NCBI GenBank assembly: GCA_035513995.1
Contig: DATKBL010000047.1
Coordinates: 1 to 45,451, forward strand
Source: Actinomycetota bacterium
GTDB lineage: Bacteria; Actinomycetota; UBA4738; CALAEC01
Reading direction: 5' to 3'
DNA: 45,451 nucleotides
Position numbers and translations under genes: made by a program
In this document: positions 16,962 to 26,601 of the stretch, in pieces
How the letters are laid out: every line of letters starts with the position of its first letter
Numbering within the stretch: the first letter of the stretch is position 1
Notes under the pieces: model-generated
The model's database searches: none
The model's input: only the letters and a program-made list of their open reading frames with translations
Told to the model about the DNA's origin: nothing

Positions 16962-17585
16962 ATGCTGACCGTCGTGGACCACCCGCTCGTCGGCCACCTC
17001 CTCACCGAGCTCCGCAACCGCGACACGCAGTCGCCCGTGTTCCGGACCGTGACCCGCCGCCTCACCGCCGCGCTCGTGCTCGAGGCCACCCGGGACCTCC
17101 CCGCCGAGCCCCGACGGATCGAGACCCCCCTGGAGGAGACCGAGGGGAGCCGCCTGGGCGCCGGCCTCGTGGCCGTGCCGGTCCTGCGGGCGGGGCTGGG
17201 GATGCTCGGCGCTGTCACCGAGCTCTTCCCAGGGGTCTCGGTCGGCTACATCGGGCTGGAGCGCGACGAGCAGACGCTGCGTCCGACGTCCTACTACGAG
17301 AAGCTCCCGCCGATGGACGGGCGATGGGCCGTGCTGCTCGACCCGATGCTGGCCACCGGCGGCACCGCGGCTCGGGCCTGCACCGCGATCAAGGAGCGCG
17401 GCCCTGCGGAGGTTCGCATGGTCTGCGTGGTGGCCGCCCCCGAGGGCGTCAAGGCGATGGAGGAGTCCCACCCCGACGTCCAGGTCTTCACGGCGTCGTT
17501 GGACCGGGAGCTGAACGAAGTCGGCTACATCCTCCCGGGGCTCGGAGACTTCGGCGACCGCCTCTACGACACGCCGCCCGGCTGA
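16962..17585 (+). CDS. upp: uracil phosphoribosyltransferase
   Basis: MLTVVDHPLVGHLLTELRNRDT N-terminus, PRPP loop LLDPMLATGGTA and YILPGLGDFGDRLY C-terminus are canonical Upp. The ORF-track start at 16953 is a GTG 3 codons upstream. Confidence 0.92.
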   Translation: MLTVVDHPLVGHLLTELRNRDTQSPVFRTVTRRLTAALVLEATRDLPAEPRRIETPLEETEGSRLGAGLVAVPVLRAGLGMLGAVTELFPGVSVGYIGLERDEQTLRPTSYYEKLPPMDGRWAVLLDPMLATGGTAARACTAIKERGPAEVRMVCVVAAPEGVKAMEESHPDVQVFTASLDRELNEVGYILPGLGDFGDRLYDTPPG

Positions 17586-18079
17586 TCCCCCCGCTCGTCC
17601 ATCCCGAGCGCCATGAGGTACCCGCGGGCGCGCTCCGCGCGCGGGTAGCGCCCGGCCAGCTCCCAGAAGCGCGCGGAGTGGGAACCGTCGACCAGGTGCG
17701 CCAGCTCGTGCATCACGACGTAGTCGCGGACCCAGTCGGGAAGGTCGGCCACGCGGTCCGAGACGCGGATCGTGGCGTCCTCGGGCGTGCAGGAGCCGAA
17801 CCGGCTGCGCTGGTTGGCCACATAGCGGATCGAGGTCCAGCGAAGGCGGCCCTCGAAGTGATCCCGGTTGAGGCGGTCGGCGGCCCGCTCGAGGGCGCCG
17901 CCGGCGTTGAGGCGGCGGGTCCGCTCGCGGGCGGTGAGCCTATCCACCATCCGCGCGACCCAGGCCCGCTCCTCCTCGGCGGGCATCCCCGCCGGGACCC
18001 GCACGACGATCGTGCCCCCGCGCTGCTCGGCCGAGATCGTCTTCCGCCGCCTCGGGCTGCGCACGATCTCCACGTCCAT
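17564..18079 (-). CDS. DUF45/YgjP-like (M48-related) metallopeptidase
   Basis: HELAHL zinc motif in the context VVMHELAHLVDGSHSARFW. N-terminus MDVEIVRSPRRRKTIS as in the family. Alternative GTG start at 18109. The 3-prime end overlaps upp by 22 nt. Confidence 0.7.
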   Translation of the reverse strand: MDVEIVRSPRRRKTISAEQRGGTIVVRVPAGMPAEEERAWVARMVDRLTARERTRRLNAGGALERAADRLNRDHFEGRLRWTSIRYVANQRSRFGSCTPEDATIRVSDRVADLPDWVRDYVVMHELAHLVDGSHSARFWELAGRYPRAERARGYLMALGMDERGDQPGGVS

Positions 18080-18124
18080 GGCCGCGATCGTACCCGCAGG
18101 GTCCGACACGGGGGCCGGGGGGGG

Positions 18125-18508
18125 TCAGTACTCGATGTCGATCTCGGAGAGGACCGAGGGAAGGACGCTGAAGATCCCCTGGAGCTGCATCAGCTTCATG
18201 AGGTCGCCGGAGACCTTGATCTTCCCGCTCATGTAGGCGGCCGTGGGACTGAGCTCGCTCTTCGAGAGGGCCACGGCCGTGTCGTAATCCTGGGTGATCG
18301 TGGACTCGGCGCCCTCGACCTCCCCGACCGCGAGCTCCGCCGTGCCGTCCTCGAGCTTGAAGAAGTACTTCGTCTCGCCGTCCGCGGTGTTCACGACCTG
18401 CTGGAGCCTCGCGGTCTGACCGCCCGCGGCCTGCTTGAATGCGTCGCTGGCGTTGAGCTTCTCCGTCACCTGCTGGGCCCACTCCTCTGAGAGGAACTTC
18501 ACACCCAC
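18125..18508 (-). CDS. SCP2 sterol-carrier-like domain protein (127 aa)
   Basis: FLSEEW...LN.S..F......A.LQQVV...DGE.KYFFKLEDG ... MSGKIKVSGDLMKLMQLQ is the classic SCP2 pattern. GTG start preceded by AAGGAGG. Confidence 0.75.
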   Translation of the reverse strand: MGVKFLSEEWAQQVTEKLNASDAFKQAAGGQTARLQQVVNTADGETKYFFKLEDGTAELAVGEVEGAESTITQDYDTAVALSKSELSPTAAYMSGKIKVSGDLMKLMQLQGIFSVLPSVLSEIDIEY

Positions 18509-18583
18509 GCCTGCCTCCTTGTTCCTACCGGTGGGTAGCCATCATCCCAAGGGCCTGGGCCGGGGTCAATCGCGTCAGAGCGT

Positions 18584-19012
18584 TCAGAGGAAGGAGAGCG
18601 TCTCGGCCAGCCGTCGAGCGAGCACGCGGAGCATCGCCACGGCCATCTGCGGGTGATCCGCGAGCAGCGTCTCGAAGTCGTCTCGGCGGACCGCCAGCGC
18701 GCGGAAGCCGTCGCCCGCCTGGACGCGCGCCGTGTGGCGGAGGCCGGGGACGAGGAGGGACAGCTCTCCGAGGATCTCGCCCTCGCCCACCTCGATGCGG
18801 GACTCGCCGACGTGCACCTCGGCCGTCCCGCCCAGCACGACGAACAACCCGGCCCCCTCCTGACCGCGCTCGAGGAGCACGTGGCCCCGCGGCACCTTGA
18901 CCTCGGTGGCCGAGCGCGCGAGGTCTGCGACGGTCTCGTCGTCGAGATCCTCGAAGAGGGGGACGCGCCGGAGGGCGTCCACGCGCGCCGGGTGGGCCTC
19001 GGGGTCGTTCAC
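18584..19012 (-). CDS. stand-alone cyclic-nucleotide-binding domain protein (142 aa)
   Basis: VPLFEDLDDETVADLA...G.....G..G..LFVVL.G...V ... GEILGELSL matches the cNMP-binding beta-roll and phosphate-binding cassette. No attached effector domain. GTG start. Confidence 0.7.
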   Translation of the reverse strand: MNDPEAHPARVDALRRVPLFEDLDDETVADLARSATEVKVPRGHVLLERGQEGAGLFVVLGGTAEVHVGESRIEVGEGEILGELSLLVPGLRHTARVQAGDGFRALAVRRDDFETLLADHPQMAVAMLRVLARRLAETLSFL

Positions 19013-19043
19013 GGGCGACAGCCTACACCGGCTCCCGTGGAGG

Positions 19044-19532
19044 TCAGGGCGTGCCCGTGCAGTCGGCGGCGGAGCCCGCGTCGGTGGTGCCCTTCCAGAT
19101 CTCGCCGCCCTCGGTCGCGATGCAGAGCGGGCGCCCGCCGCCCCCCTGCGTGACCAACACCACCGAGGTGGCCGTGACCCCTCGGATGCTCACGGCCCCC
19201 GGCGACGCGACCGGGTCGGCGTTCCAGGTGAACGAGGGGTCCCACTCCGCGGCGGCCTGCGGGGTGAAGCCCTCGAAGGAGTCGTTCGAGGTGAAGTAGG
19301 AGTGGGCGACCCCGATCGCGCCGACGAGCAGCGCGTCGGCGCGGAGGTCCTCGGCCCGGCTCACGCCGGCGCCGGCGGTCTCGGCGGTCTCCTCGGCGCC
19401 GCGGGTGAGCATCCAGATGGGGAATCCGATCGCCAGCGCGGCCGCCAAGACGATCGTCGCGATGGCGACGAAGTTGCCGCTTCCACGGTCGAAGCGAAGC
19501 ATGCCCGAGGTATCGTCCCGGAGGGTCGCCAT
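19044..19532 (-). CDS. membrane-anchored hypothetical protein (162 aa)
   Basis: One TM helix (FVAIATIVLAAALAIGFPIWML) followed by a soluble domain with 2 Cys. The ATG lies 9 nt after the stop of the HicB-like/HTH gene. Confidence 0.55.
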   Translation of the reverse strand: MATLRDDTSGMLRFDRGSGNFVAIATIVLAAALAIGFPIWMLTRGAEETAETAGAGVSRAEDLRADALLVGAIGVAHSYFTSNDSFEGFTPQAAAEWDPSFTWNADPVASPGAVSIRGVTATSVVLVTQGGGGRPLCIATEGGEIWKGTTDAGSAADCTGTP

Positions 19533-19541
19533 CTGCAGGCC

Positions 19542-19913
19542 TCAGCGCCGCCGGCGACGCGCCTGTCGCTCCAGGAACGCCAGGCGGAACGCCTCCACGT
19601 CGACCCGCGCCCAGACCCGTCCCCCGGCCAAGCGGGCCACCGGTTCGGGGAACGATCCCCGGTCGACGTAGGTCACGACCCTGCGCTTGTCCCAGCCGAG
19701 GATCGAGGCGGCCTCCGCCACCCCGACGAGGTCGGGCGCCACCTCGACCACCACCGTGACGGGACCGTTGCCGTTGGGACGCCGCGCGAGCACGGCGTCG
19801 CGTACGCGGCGGACGCAGTCCTCGCGCGTCGGCGCGGCCACCGAGACGGGCGGGTCCGCGGCCACCGCCCTCCAGCCGCCGTTCTCCTTCCGAAGCGCCA
19901 CCGCGATCTCCAT
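19542..19913 (-). CDS. HicB-like (UPF0150 fold) N-terminal domain fused to an excisionase/MerR-type helix-turn-helix
   Basis: Internal ATG 19913. MEIAVALRKENGGWRAVAAD...TREDCVRRVRDAV resembles HicB-fold antitoxins. VAEAASILGWDKRRVVTYVDRGSFPEP...GRVWARVDVEAF is an AlpA/excisionase-type HTH. Confidence 0.5.
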   Translation of the reverse strand: MEIAVALRKENGGWRAVAADPPVSVAAPTREDCVRRVRDAVLARRPNGNGPVTVVVEVAPDLVGVAEAASILGWDKRRVVTYVDRGSFPEPVARLAGGRVWARVDVEAFRLAFLERQARRRRR

Positions 19914-19922
19914 GACGACGGC

Positions 19923-19928
19923 ATCATA
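19923..19928 (-). promoter_or_regulatory. -10-like hexamer TATGAT, 9 nt upstream of ATG 19913
   Basis: Plus-strand atcata is TATGAT on the minus strand. No SD. Confidence 0.3.
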
Positions 19929-19966
19929 CGACCAACCGGCGTCTTGCCCGAGTCGAACAGGTGTTC

Positions 19967-19972
19967 TATCCT
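19967..19972 (+). promoter_or_regulatory. -10-like hexamer TATCCT, 8 nt upstream of ATG 19981
   Basis: TANNNT. No SD before the radical SAM ATG. Confidence 0.3.
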
Positions 19973-19980
19973 GAGGCCCC

Positions 19981-21009
19981 ATGCGCTGGGACAACCTCCG
20001 TCTCGAGACCGGCCCCGAGGACGACCGCCTCACCGCCCCCCTCTTCGATCAGGGAGCGGTGGCCCGCACCTTCGACACGCCGGGATTCCGGGGGATGACC
20101 TTCTACGAGGTCCACGCGCGCTCGATCATCAACCGGGTGCCCGAGGCCTCCCGTGTCCCCTTCCGCTTCACCATCAACCCGTACAGAGGATGCGGTCATG
20201 CCTGCGTCTACTGCTTCGCGAGGAAGACCCACACGTACCTCGACCTCGATCACGGCGCGGACTTCGACCGCAAGGTCGTGGTGAAGGTGAACGCGCCCGA
20301 GCTGCTCCGGAAGGAGCTGTCGTCGCCACGCTGGGCGGGCGAGCACATCGCGATGGGGACAAACGTCGACCCCTACCAGCGCGCGGAGGGACGCTATCGG
20401 CTGATGCGGGGCATCCTCAAGGCGCTTCGCGACTTCGCCAACCCCTTCTCGATCCTCACCAAGGGGACGCTGATCCTCCGCGATCTCGACCTGCTCGAGG
20501 AGTGCGCCGAGATGACCGACGTGGGAACGAGCTTCTCGGTCGGGTTCGTCGACGAGGAGCTCTCCCGGCTCGTCGAGCCGGGGACTCCGCGGCCCGCAGC
20601 GCGCCTCGAGGCGGTCCGGAAGCTGAACGAAACGGGGATCCCGTGCCGCGTGCTGATGGCCCCGATCCTCCCCTTCCTGGCCGACGACGACGAGCACCTC
20701 GAGGAGACGGTCGAGGCGATCGCGGCGGCAGGCGCAACCCACGTCTCCCCGATCGTGCTGCACCTTCGACCGGGGGCGCGCGAGTGGTGGACGGCCTGGC
20801 TCCAGCGGGAGCGCCCAGAGCTCGTCCATCGCTACCGCGAGCTGTACGGACGAGGGGCCTACGCGCCCAAGGAGTACCAGACCGAGGTGGGGGCGAGGGT
20901 CCGTGCCCTCGCTCGGCGCTTCGGCATGGGAGCGAACAGGCCGCAGCAGGCCGCCGATCCCAGACGGATCCCTCCGGAGGCCCCGAGGCCCGAGCAGCTC
21001 ACCCTCTGA
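19981..21009 (+). CDS. radical SAM protein of the SplB-like (COG1533, Rv2578c-like) group
   Basis: INPYRGCGHACVYCFAR carries the CxxxCxxC 4Fe-4S/SAM cluster motif. 342 aa. Confidence 0.8.
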   Translation: MRWDNLRLETGPEDDRLTAPLFDQGAVARTFDTPGFRGMTFYEVHARSIINRVPEASRVPFRFTINPYRGCGHACVYCFARKTHTYLDLDHGADFDRKVVVKVNAPELLRKELSSPRWAGEHIAMGTNVDPYQRAEGRYRLMRGILKALRDFANPFSILTKGTLILRDLDLLEECAEMTDVGTSFSVGFVDEELSRLVEPGTPRPAARLEAVRKLNETGIPCRVLMAPILPFLADDDEHLEETVEAIAAAGATHVSPIVLHLRPGAREWWTAWLQRERPELVHRYRELYGRGAYAPKEYQTEVGARVRALARRFGMGANRPQQAADPRRIPPEAPRPEQLTL

Positions 21010-21015
21010 AGCAAC

Positions 21016-22044
21016 TCAGGGAGACAGCCGCTCGGCGAGGTAGCGGGCCGACAGCGGGTAGCGGTACTCGATGCTCATGTGCCCGGCGTCGAAGATCTCG
21101 CAGAACACGTCGGTCACCCCGATGGCCTCGAGCTCTCGGCGGAACGCCTCCGCCCCGAGGTCGAGGAAGGGCTCGTCGCGCTTCCCCGCGTCGATGTAGA
21201 TCGCGCGCATGGAACGGAGAGCGTCGGCCCGCTCGGGGACCATCCGGACCGGGTCCCACGCGAGCCAGCGCTCCCAGACCTCGGGGATCAGCCGGCCCGT
21301 GCCGGTGTCGAACGGCATGCGCACCGTCCCGTCGGGGTCGGCCGAGTAGCAGGCGGCGTAGGCGTACGTCTCGATCAGCGGCCCGTCCTGCTCCTTCGTG
21401 AAGGCGGGGCGCGAGCGGAAGTCCTCGAGGAAGCGCTCATACGAGCCCCCGTAGTGGTCCCGTAGGTGCCGGACCACCTCGCGGAACTCGGGCCAATAGC
21501 AGACCTCGAAGAGCGCGTCACCCGCGTGCGTGGCGAGGCCGCCGAAGAGGTCGGGGCGCAGCATCGCCGTCACCATCGCCCCGTAGCCGCCGCTCGACTT
21601 CCCCGCGATCCCGCGGTGGTCTCGGTCGGACAGCGTGCGGTACGACGCGTCCACCCACGACACGACCTCGTCGCAGAGGTAGGTGTGGTAGCGGCCGGTG
21701 GCCGGCGAGTCGAGGAACTGACTGCCGCCGAGCGAGGTCCAGCAGTCGACGAAGACCACGATCGCCGGGGGCGGCGGGTCCTGGCCCGCGTAGAGGCGGT
21801 CGAGCAGCTCGGGGAAGCTCCGGCGCCAGGGCGAGCGGTTGCGCCACATGTCGATCTGCCCCGTGTAGCCCTGGATCTCGTAGATCGTCGGGTACCTCCG
21901 GTCGGGCTCCTCGTCGTAGCCCGGCGGGAGGTAGACCCATACCGGGCGCTCGTGCGGGTCGCCGAGGGGGTTGTCCCTGAGGACCTCGCTCTCGATCGTC
22001 CGCTCTTCGAACCGCCCTGCCGTCTCCTCGGACCATGGCCTCAC
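21016..22044 (-). CDS. putative esterase (enterochelin-esterase/esterase-D-like alpha/beta hydrolase)
   Basis: VWVYLPPGYDE..RYP, nucleophile elbow GIAGKSSGGYGA, C-terminal AGH. GTG start at 22044 chosen because it overlaps the upstream small-ORF stop (GTGA) and has GGAGAGGGGGG 8 nt upstream. Alternative ATG at 22083. Confidence 0.75.
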   Translation of the reverse strand: MRPWSEETAGRFEERTIESEVLRDNPLGDPHERPVWVYLPPGYDEEPDRRYPTIYEIQGYTGQIDMWRNRSPWRRSFPELLDRLYAGQDPPPPAIVVFVDCWTSLGGSQFLDSPATGRYHTYLCDEVVSWVDASYRTLSDRDHRGIAGKSSGGYGAMVTAMLRPDLFGGLATHAGDALFEVCYWPEFREVVRHLRDHYGGSYERFLEDFRSRPAFTKEQDGPLIETYAYAACYSADPDGTVRMPFDTGTGRLIPEVWERWLAWDPVRMVPERADALRSMRAIYIDAGKRDEPFLDLGAEAFRRELEAIGVTDVFCEIFDAGHMSIEYRYPLSARYLAERLSP

Positions 22045-22304
22045 AGCGTCGGCCCCCCTCTCCGAATCTCTCGCTCCCAGCATCCTCGATGCCAGTGCCT
22101 CCGGAAGTCCTCGCGCCCCTCGGGCCAGGCCACGACGTGCTGCTTTCCGTCGGGGATCGAACGGTTGCAGTACGGGCAGATCGCGCCGCCCTTCGCGGAG
22201 AGCCGCACGCTCCACCCCTCGACGGCGCCTCCGGGAGGGGTCACCGGACCGATCGGGCGGAGCGGCTCGGGGCCCGATCGGTCGCGCCGGTGGCGGCGCG
22301 GCAT
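22041..22304 (-). CDS. small zinc-ribbon-like protein (87 aa), hypothetical
   Basis: Hidden in the tail of the 22041..23303 ORF. 75 of 87 codons end in G/C. Motif ICPYCNRSI...(23 aa)...HWHRGCW (C-x2-C / H-x-H-x2-C). The ATG shares its A with the upstream TGA (TGATG) and the stop overlaps the downstream GTG (GTGA). Confidence 0.55.
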   Translation of the reverse strand: MPRRHRRDRSGPEPLRPIGPVTPPGGAVEGWSVRLSAKGGAICPYCNRSIPDGKQHVVAWPEGREDFRRHWHRGCWEREIRRGGPTL

Positions 22305-22945
22305 CAGCCCCGCTCCCGGATGAAGTCGCCGGCCACCTCGCCGAGCCGCCGGCCGGTCGCGACGTCGTCCTTGGGCTCGCCACGCACCCGGAAGGAGTGA
22401 TCGCCGCCCTCGACGGGGTGGAGCGTCGCCCGGTCGCCGAGCCGCTCGACGAGCGGCTCCAGGAGGTCCCAGCGCGCGAAGGGGTCCTTGGTCCCTTGGA
22501 GGAACAGCATCGGAACGTCGATCGCCGGGAGGTGCGAGTCGCGGATGCGCTCGGGCTTCCCCGGAGGGTGCAGGGGGTAGCCCACGAAGATCACGCCGGC
22601 GGCGAGCAAGCCGTCGGCGACCACCAGCGAGGCGATCCTTCCGCCCAGCGACTTCCCCCCGACCCAGACGCGGTCGGAGAGGCCGGCCGTGTGCTCGAAG
22701 GCGGCGAGCCACGCATCCCGAAGCACCCGCTCGGGGTCGGGCGCGCGGCGACCCTGCTCCTTGTAGGGGAAGTTGAAGCGCAGGGTGGCCACCTCGCGCG
22801 ACGCGAGCCCCTCGGCGATGCCGTCGAAGAGCGGGGTCCGCATGTCGTTCCCGGCGCCGTGGGCGAGGACGAGGAGAGGTCCCCCCTCCGGCCCCTCGAG
22901 CTGGGCGGAGACGGCTCCCTTCGGCGTGTCGAACGTTCGCTTCAC
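22304..22945 (-). CDS. alpha/beta hydrolase (dienelactone-hydrolase / KANL3-Tex30-like), 213 aa
   Basis: LVLAHGAGNDM, nucleophile elbow GGKSLGGRIAS, LQGTKDPF and GGDHSF catalytic-triad context. GTG start 14 nt after the glnD stop. Confidence 0.7.
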   Translation of the reverse strand: MKRTFDTPKGAVSAQLEGPEGGPLLVLAHGAGNDMRTPLFDGIAEGLASREVATLRFNFPYKEQGRRAPDPERVLRDAWLAAFEHTAGLSDRVWVGGKSLGGRIASLVVADGLLAAGVIFVGYPLHPPGKPERIRDSHLPAIDVPMLFLQGTKDPFARWDLLEPLVERLGDRATLHPVEGGDHSFRVRGEPKDDVATGRRLGEVAGDFIRERG

Positions 22946-22959
22946 GCCGCGAATGGTAC

Positions 22960-25293
22960 CTACGCGAGACGCTCGAGGACCGCCTCGCGGATCTCCTCGG
23001 CTCGCTCCCCCACCTTCCGCCCCTGGAGGTCGCGCACGTAGAAGGCGTCCACGACCCGCGGCCCGTAGGTGGCGACCTTCGCCACGTGCACGTCGAGCCC
23101 AAGGTCCCGGAACGCGAGGGCGAGGTCGAAGAGGAGGCCGAGGCGGTCGCCGGCCGAGACCTCGACCACCGTCGAGAAGTCCGAGACGCGGTCGTCCACG
23201 CGGACCTCTGGGTCGACCATCGGGGGCGCCGGGTAGTGGCGCCGCTTCTCGGCCACCCTGCGCTCCAGCGAGATTCGACCCTCCAGCGCGCGCCGGAGGT
23301 CACCGCGGAACCGGCGCCAGCGCTCCTCGGTCACCTCGGGCTCGAAGACGCCCTGCACCGCGAAGAGGTCGAGAGCGACCCCGTCGGCGGTCGTGAACGC
23401 CTTCGCCGAGAGGATCGTCAGACCCTGGAGGGCGAGCGCCCCGGCGATGTCCGCGAGCAGCCCCGGCCGATCGGCGGCTGCGACGGCGAGGTCGTAGACG
23501 TCGGGGCGCTCGCCCTCTCGGACGTCGGTGCGGACCTCGCCGCTCCCCGGGGGCGGCTCGAGGAGACGGAGATGACCGGCCACGACCTCGGGAGAGGCGG
23601 AGAGCACGTAGGGACGGGGCAGGCGATCGAGGTAGGCGGCGACCGCGTCCTGGGGCTCTCCGGCGAGGAGGGCCCCCGCGCGCTCGAGCCGGTCGGCGAT
23701 CGTGGCGAGCACGTCCGGCTGCTCGTCGCCGCGATCCAGGGTTCGCTGGACCTTCCCGACGAGGTCTCGGACGAGGGCCATCCGCCACGGCGTCGAGGCG
23801 TGGGGACCGGTCGCCTCCGCGTCGGCGATCGTGAGCAGGAACAGCGACGCCAACCGCTCGGGGTCCCCCACCCTACCGGCCACGTCGAGCACGAGGTTCT
23901 CGTCGGAGAGGTCCCGCCGGGTCGCGGTGTCCGAGAGCAGCAGGTGCTCGGCTACCAGGAAGCGCACGCGGTCGGCCGTCTCGGCCGGCGTCCGCAGGCG
24001 CGTAAGGATCGGCTCCAGGACGCGGCCCCCCGCGGGGACGTGCGGCCCCTCGCCGCGCTTCCCGATGTCGTGCAGCAGCGCTCCCAGCAGCACCGCGCCC
24101 GGGTCACCGACCCCCCGCGCCGCCTCTGCGATCATCGGGTCGTCGGTCTCCCCGCGCAGCAGCGCGGCGGCGCCGGCGGCGGTCCGGATCAGGTGCACGT
24201 CCACCGTGAAGCGGTGGTAGGGGTCGCGCTGCGGTCGACAGCGGACCGCCCCCCACTCGGGCAGGAGGCGGACGAGGACCCCGCTCCGGTCGATCGCCTC
24301 TAGGACGGCCGCCCCCCCGGGGGCCGCCAGCACCCGAAGGAGCGCGGCTCGCATCGCGGGGGTCCACTCCACCTCCTCCGGGACCGCGCGCTCGAGACGG
24401 TCGAGCGTCGCCGGCGAAGGGAGCCGGCGACGCTCGGCCGCCTCGGCGAACAGCTCCAGCACCTCCTCGGGGGAGCTCGGGGCACGGGCCTCCTCGACGG
24501 GCGCTCCCTCCATCCTTTGCGTCGCCCGGTCGAGCAGGAGGCCGAGAGCGTGCTCGACTTCGCGCGCGTGCTCGAACAGGGACCGCATCAGCGCGTCGGG
24601 CGGGCCCATCCCCGGCTCGGGTCCGAACCCGAACGCCTCGGCGATCGCCGGCTGATGCTCGAGGAGGAGCCGGTCGCTCCGCCCTCCGGTCTCCATGTGC
24701 AGCGCGCTCCGCAGCCGGATCAGGAACTCGCGTGCCTCCGCGAGCGCCTCCACCTCGCGCCGCCTGAGCAGACCCTCCTCCACCGGGTCGGCCACATCGA
24801 GCCCCGCCAGGACCCACCCCGCCGCGGCCACGTCGCGAGAGCCGCCCCCACTCTCCTTCAGGTCGGGCTCGAGGAGAGAGGCGCACGAGCCGAACCGCTC
24901 CCGCCTGTGCGCGACGCCGTCGGCGATCGAGGCCAGGAACCGCCCCGGGTCGCGGCCGATCCCCTCGACCAGCGCGGCGGTCAGAGAGTCGGCCAGGGAC
25001 GCCTCGCCGACCACGAGCCTGGCGTCGAGGAGCGCGGTCGTCACCGTGGGGTCGTCGGCCAGGCGGACGCACTCGGCGACGGTTCGCACCGAGTGACCCA
25101 GGGGGATGCCCGCGTTCCAGAACGGATAGAAGAGCCGCGAGGCCGCCTCCTCGAGGCCCTCCGCGTCCTCGTGGAGGAGCATGAGATCGACGTCGGACCT
25201 CGGGGTCATCTCGCGGCGCCCGTACCCGCCCAGAGCCACGAGCGCGACGCGACCCTCGATGGCCTCGGCGAGCTCCCGGACGGCGCGATCCAC
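22960..25293 (-). CDS. glnD: [protein-PII] uridylyl/adenylyl-transferase GlnD (NTase-HD-ACT-ACT)
   Basis: ALGGYGRREMTPRSDVDLMLLH (nucleotidyltransferase), LLHDIGK (HD domain), two C-terminal ACT domains (DRPGLLADIAGAL and DRLGLLFDLALAF). The annotated start is GTG (cac 25291-25293), but coding periodicity continues upstream (see findings). Confidence 0.88.
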   Translation of the reverse strand: MDRAVRELAEAIEGRVALVALGGYGRREMTPRSDVDLMLLHEDAEGLEEAASRLFYPFWNAGIPLGHSVRTVAECVRLADDPTVTTALLDARLVVGEASLADSLTAALVEGIGRDPGRFLASIADGVAHRRERFGSCASLLEPDLKESGGGSRDVAAAGWVLAGLDVADPVEEGLLRRREVEALAEAREFLIRLRSALHMETGGRSDRLLLEHQPAIAEAFGFGPEPGMGPPDALMRSLFEHAREVEHALGLLLDRATQRMEGAPVEEARAPSSPEEVLELFAEAAERRRLPSPATLDRLERAVPEEVEWTPAMRAALLRVLAAPGGAAVLEAIDRSGVLVRLLPEWGAVRCRPQRDPYHRFTVDVHLIRTAAGAAALLRGETDDPMIAEAARGVGDPGAVLLGALLHDIGKRGEGPHVPAGGRVLEPILTRLRTPAETADRVRFLVAEHLLLSDTATRRDLSDENLVLDVAGRVGDPERLASLFLLTIADAEATGPHASTPWRMALVRDLVGKVQRTLDRGDEQPDVLATIADRLERAGALLAGEPQDAVAAYLDRLPRPYVLSASPEVVAGHLRLLEPPPGSGEVRTDVREGERPDVYDLAVAAADRPGLLADIAGALALQGLTILSAKAFTTADGVALDLFAVQGVFEPEVTEERWRRFRGDLRRALEGRISLERRVAEKRRHYPAPPMVDPEVRVDDRVSDFSTVVEVSAGDRLGLLFDLALAFRDLGLDVHVAKVATYGPRVVDAFYVRDLQGRKVGERAEEIREAVLERLA

Positions 25294-25402
25294 GAGATCG
25301 GCGCGGCGTCTCGCCGACCACGCGCCGTGGTGCCCGCTCGAGTAGGCGTCCTCGAGCGCGCGCAGCCCGTGGACGAGCCGGTCGATCGGGCCGGCCGCCG
25401 GC

Positions 25403-26589
<1,187 letters not shown>

Positions 26590-26601
26590 GTCAGCCCGGC
26601 C

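Noticed and set aside
19542-20033. Search for a HicA-type toxin or other TA partner next to the HicB-like/HTH gene, including the 163-aa long form of the ORF.
   Set aside because: No small ORF with a plausible HicA-like sequence lies on either side. The N-terminal 40 residues of the long form are Arg/Ser-rich and overlap the divergent radical SAM start. I therefore do not call it a toxin-antitoxin system.
22946-22959. Possibility that the alpha/beta hydrolase trio is functionally part of the nitrogen (glnB-glnD) operon.
   Set aside because: The only evidence is the 14-nt spacing on the same strand. This genome is so compact that proximity alone is weak evidence. It is mentioned in the small-ORF finding but not claimed.
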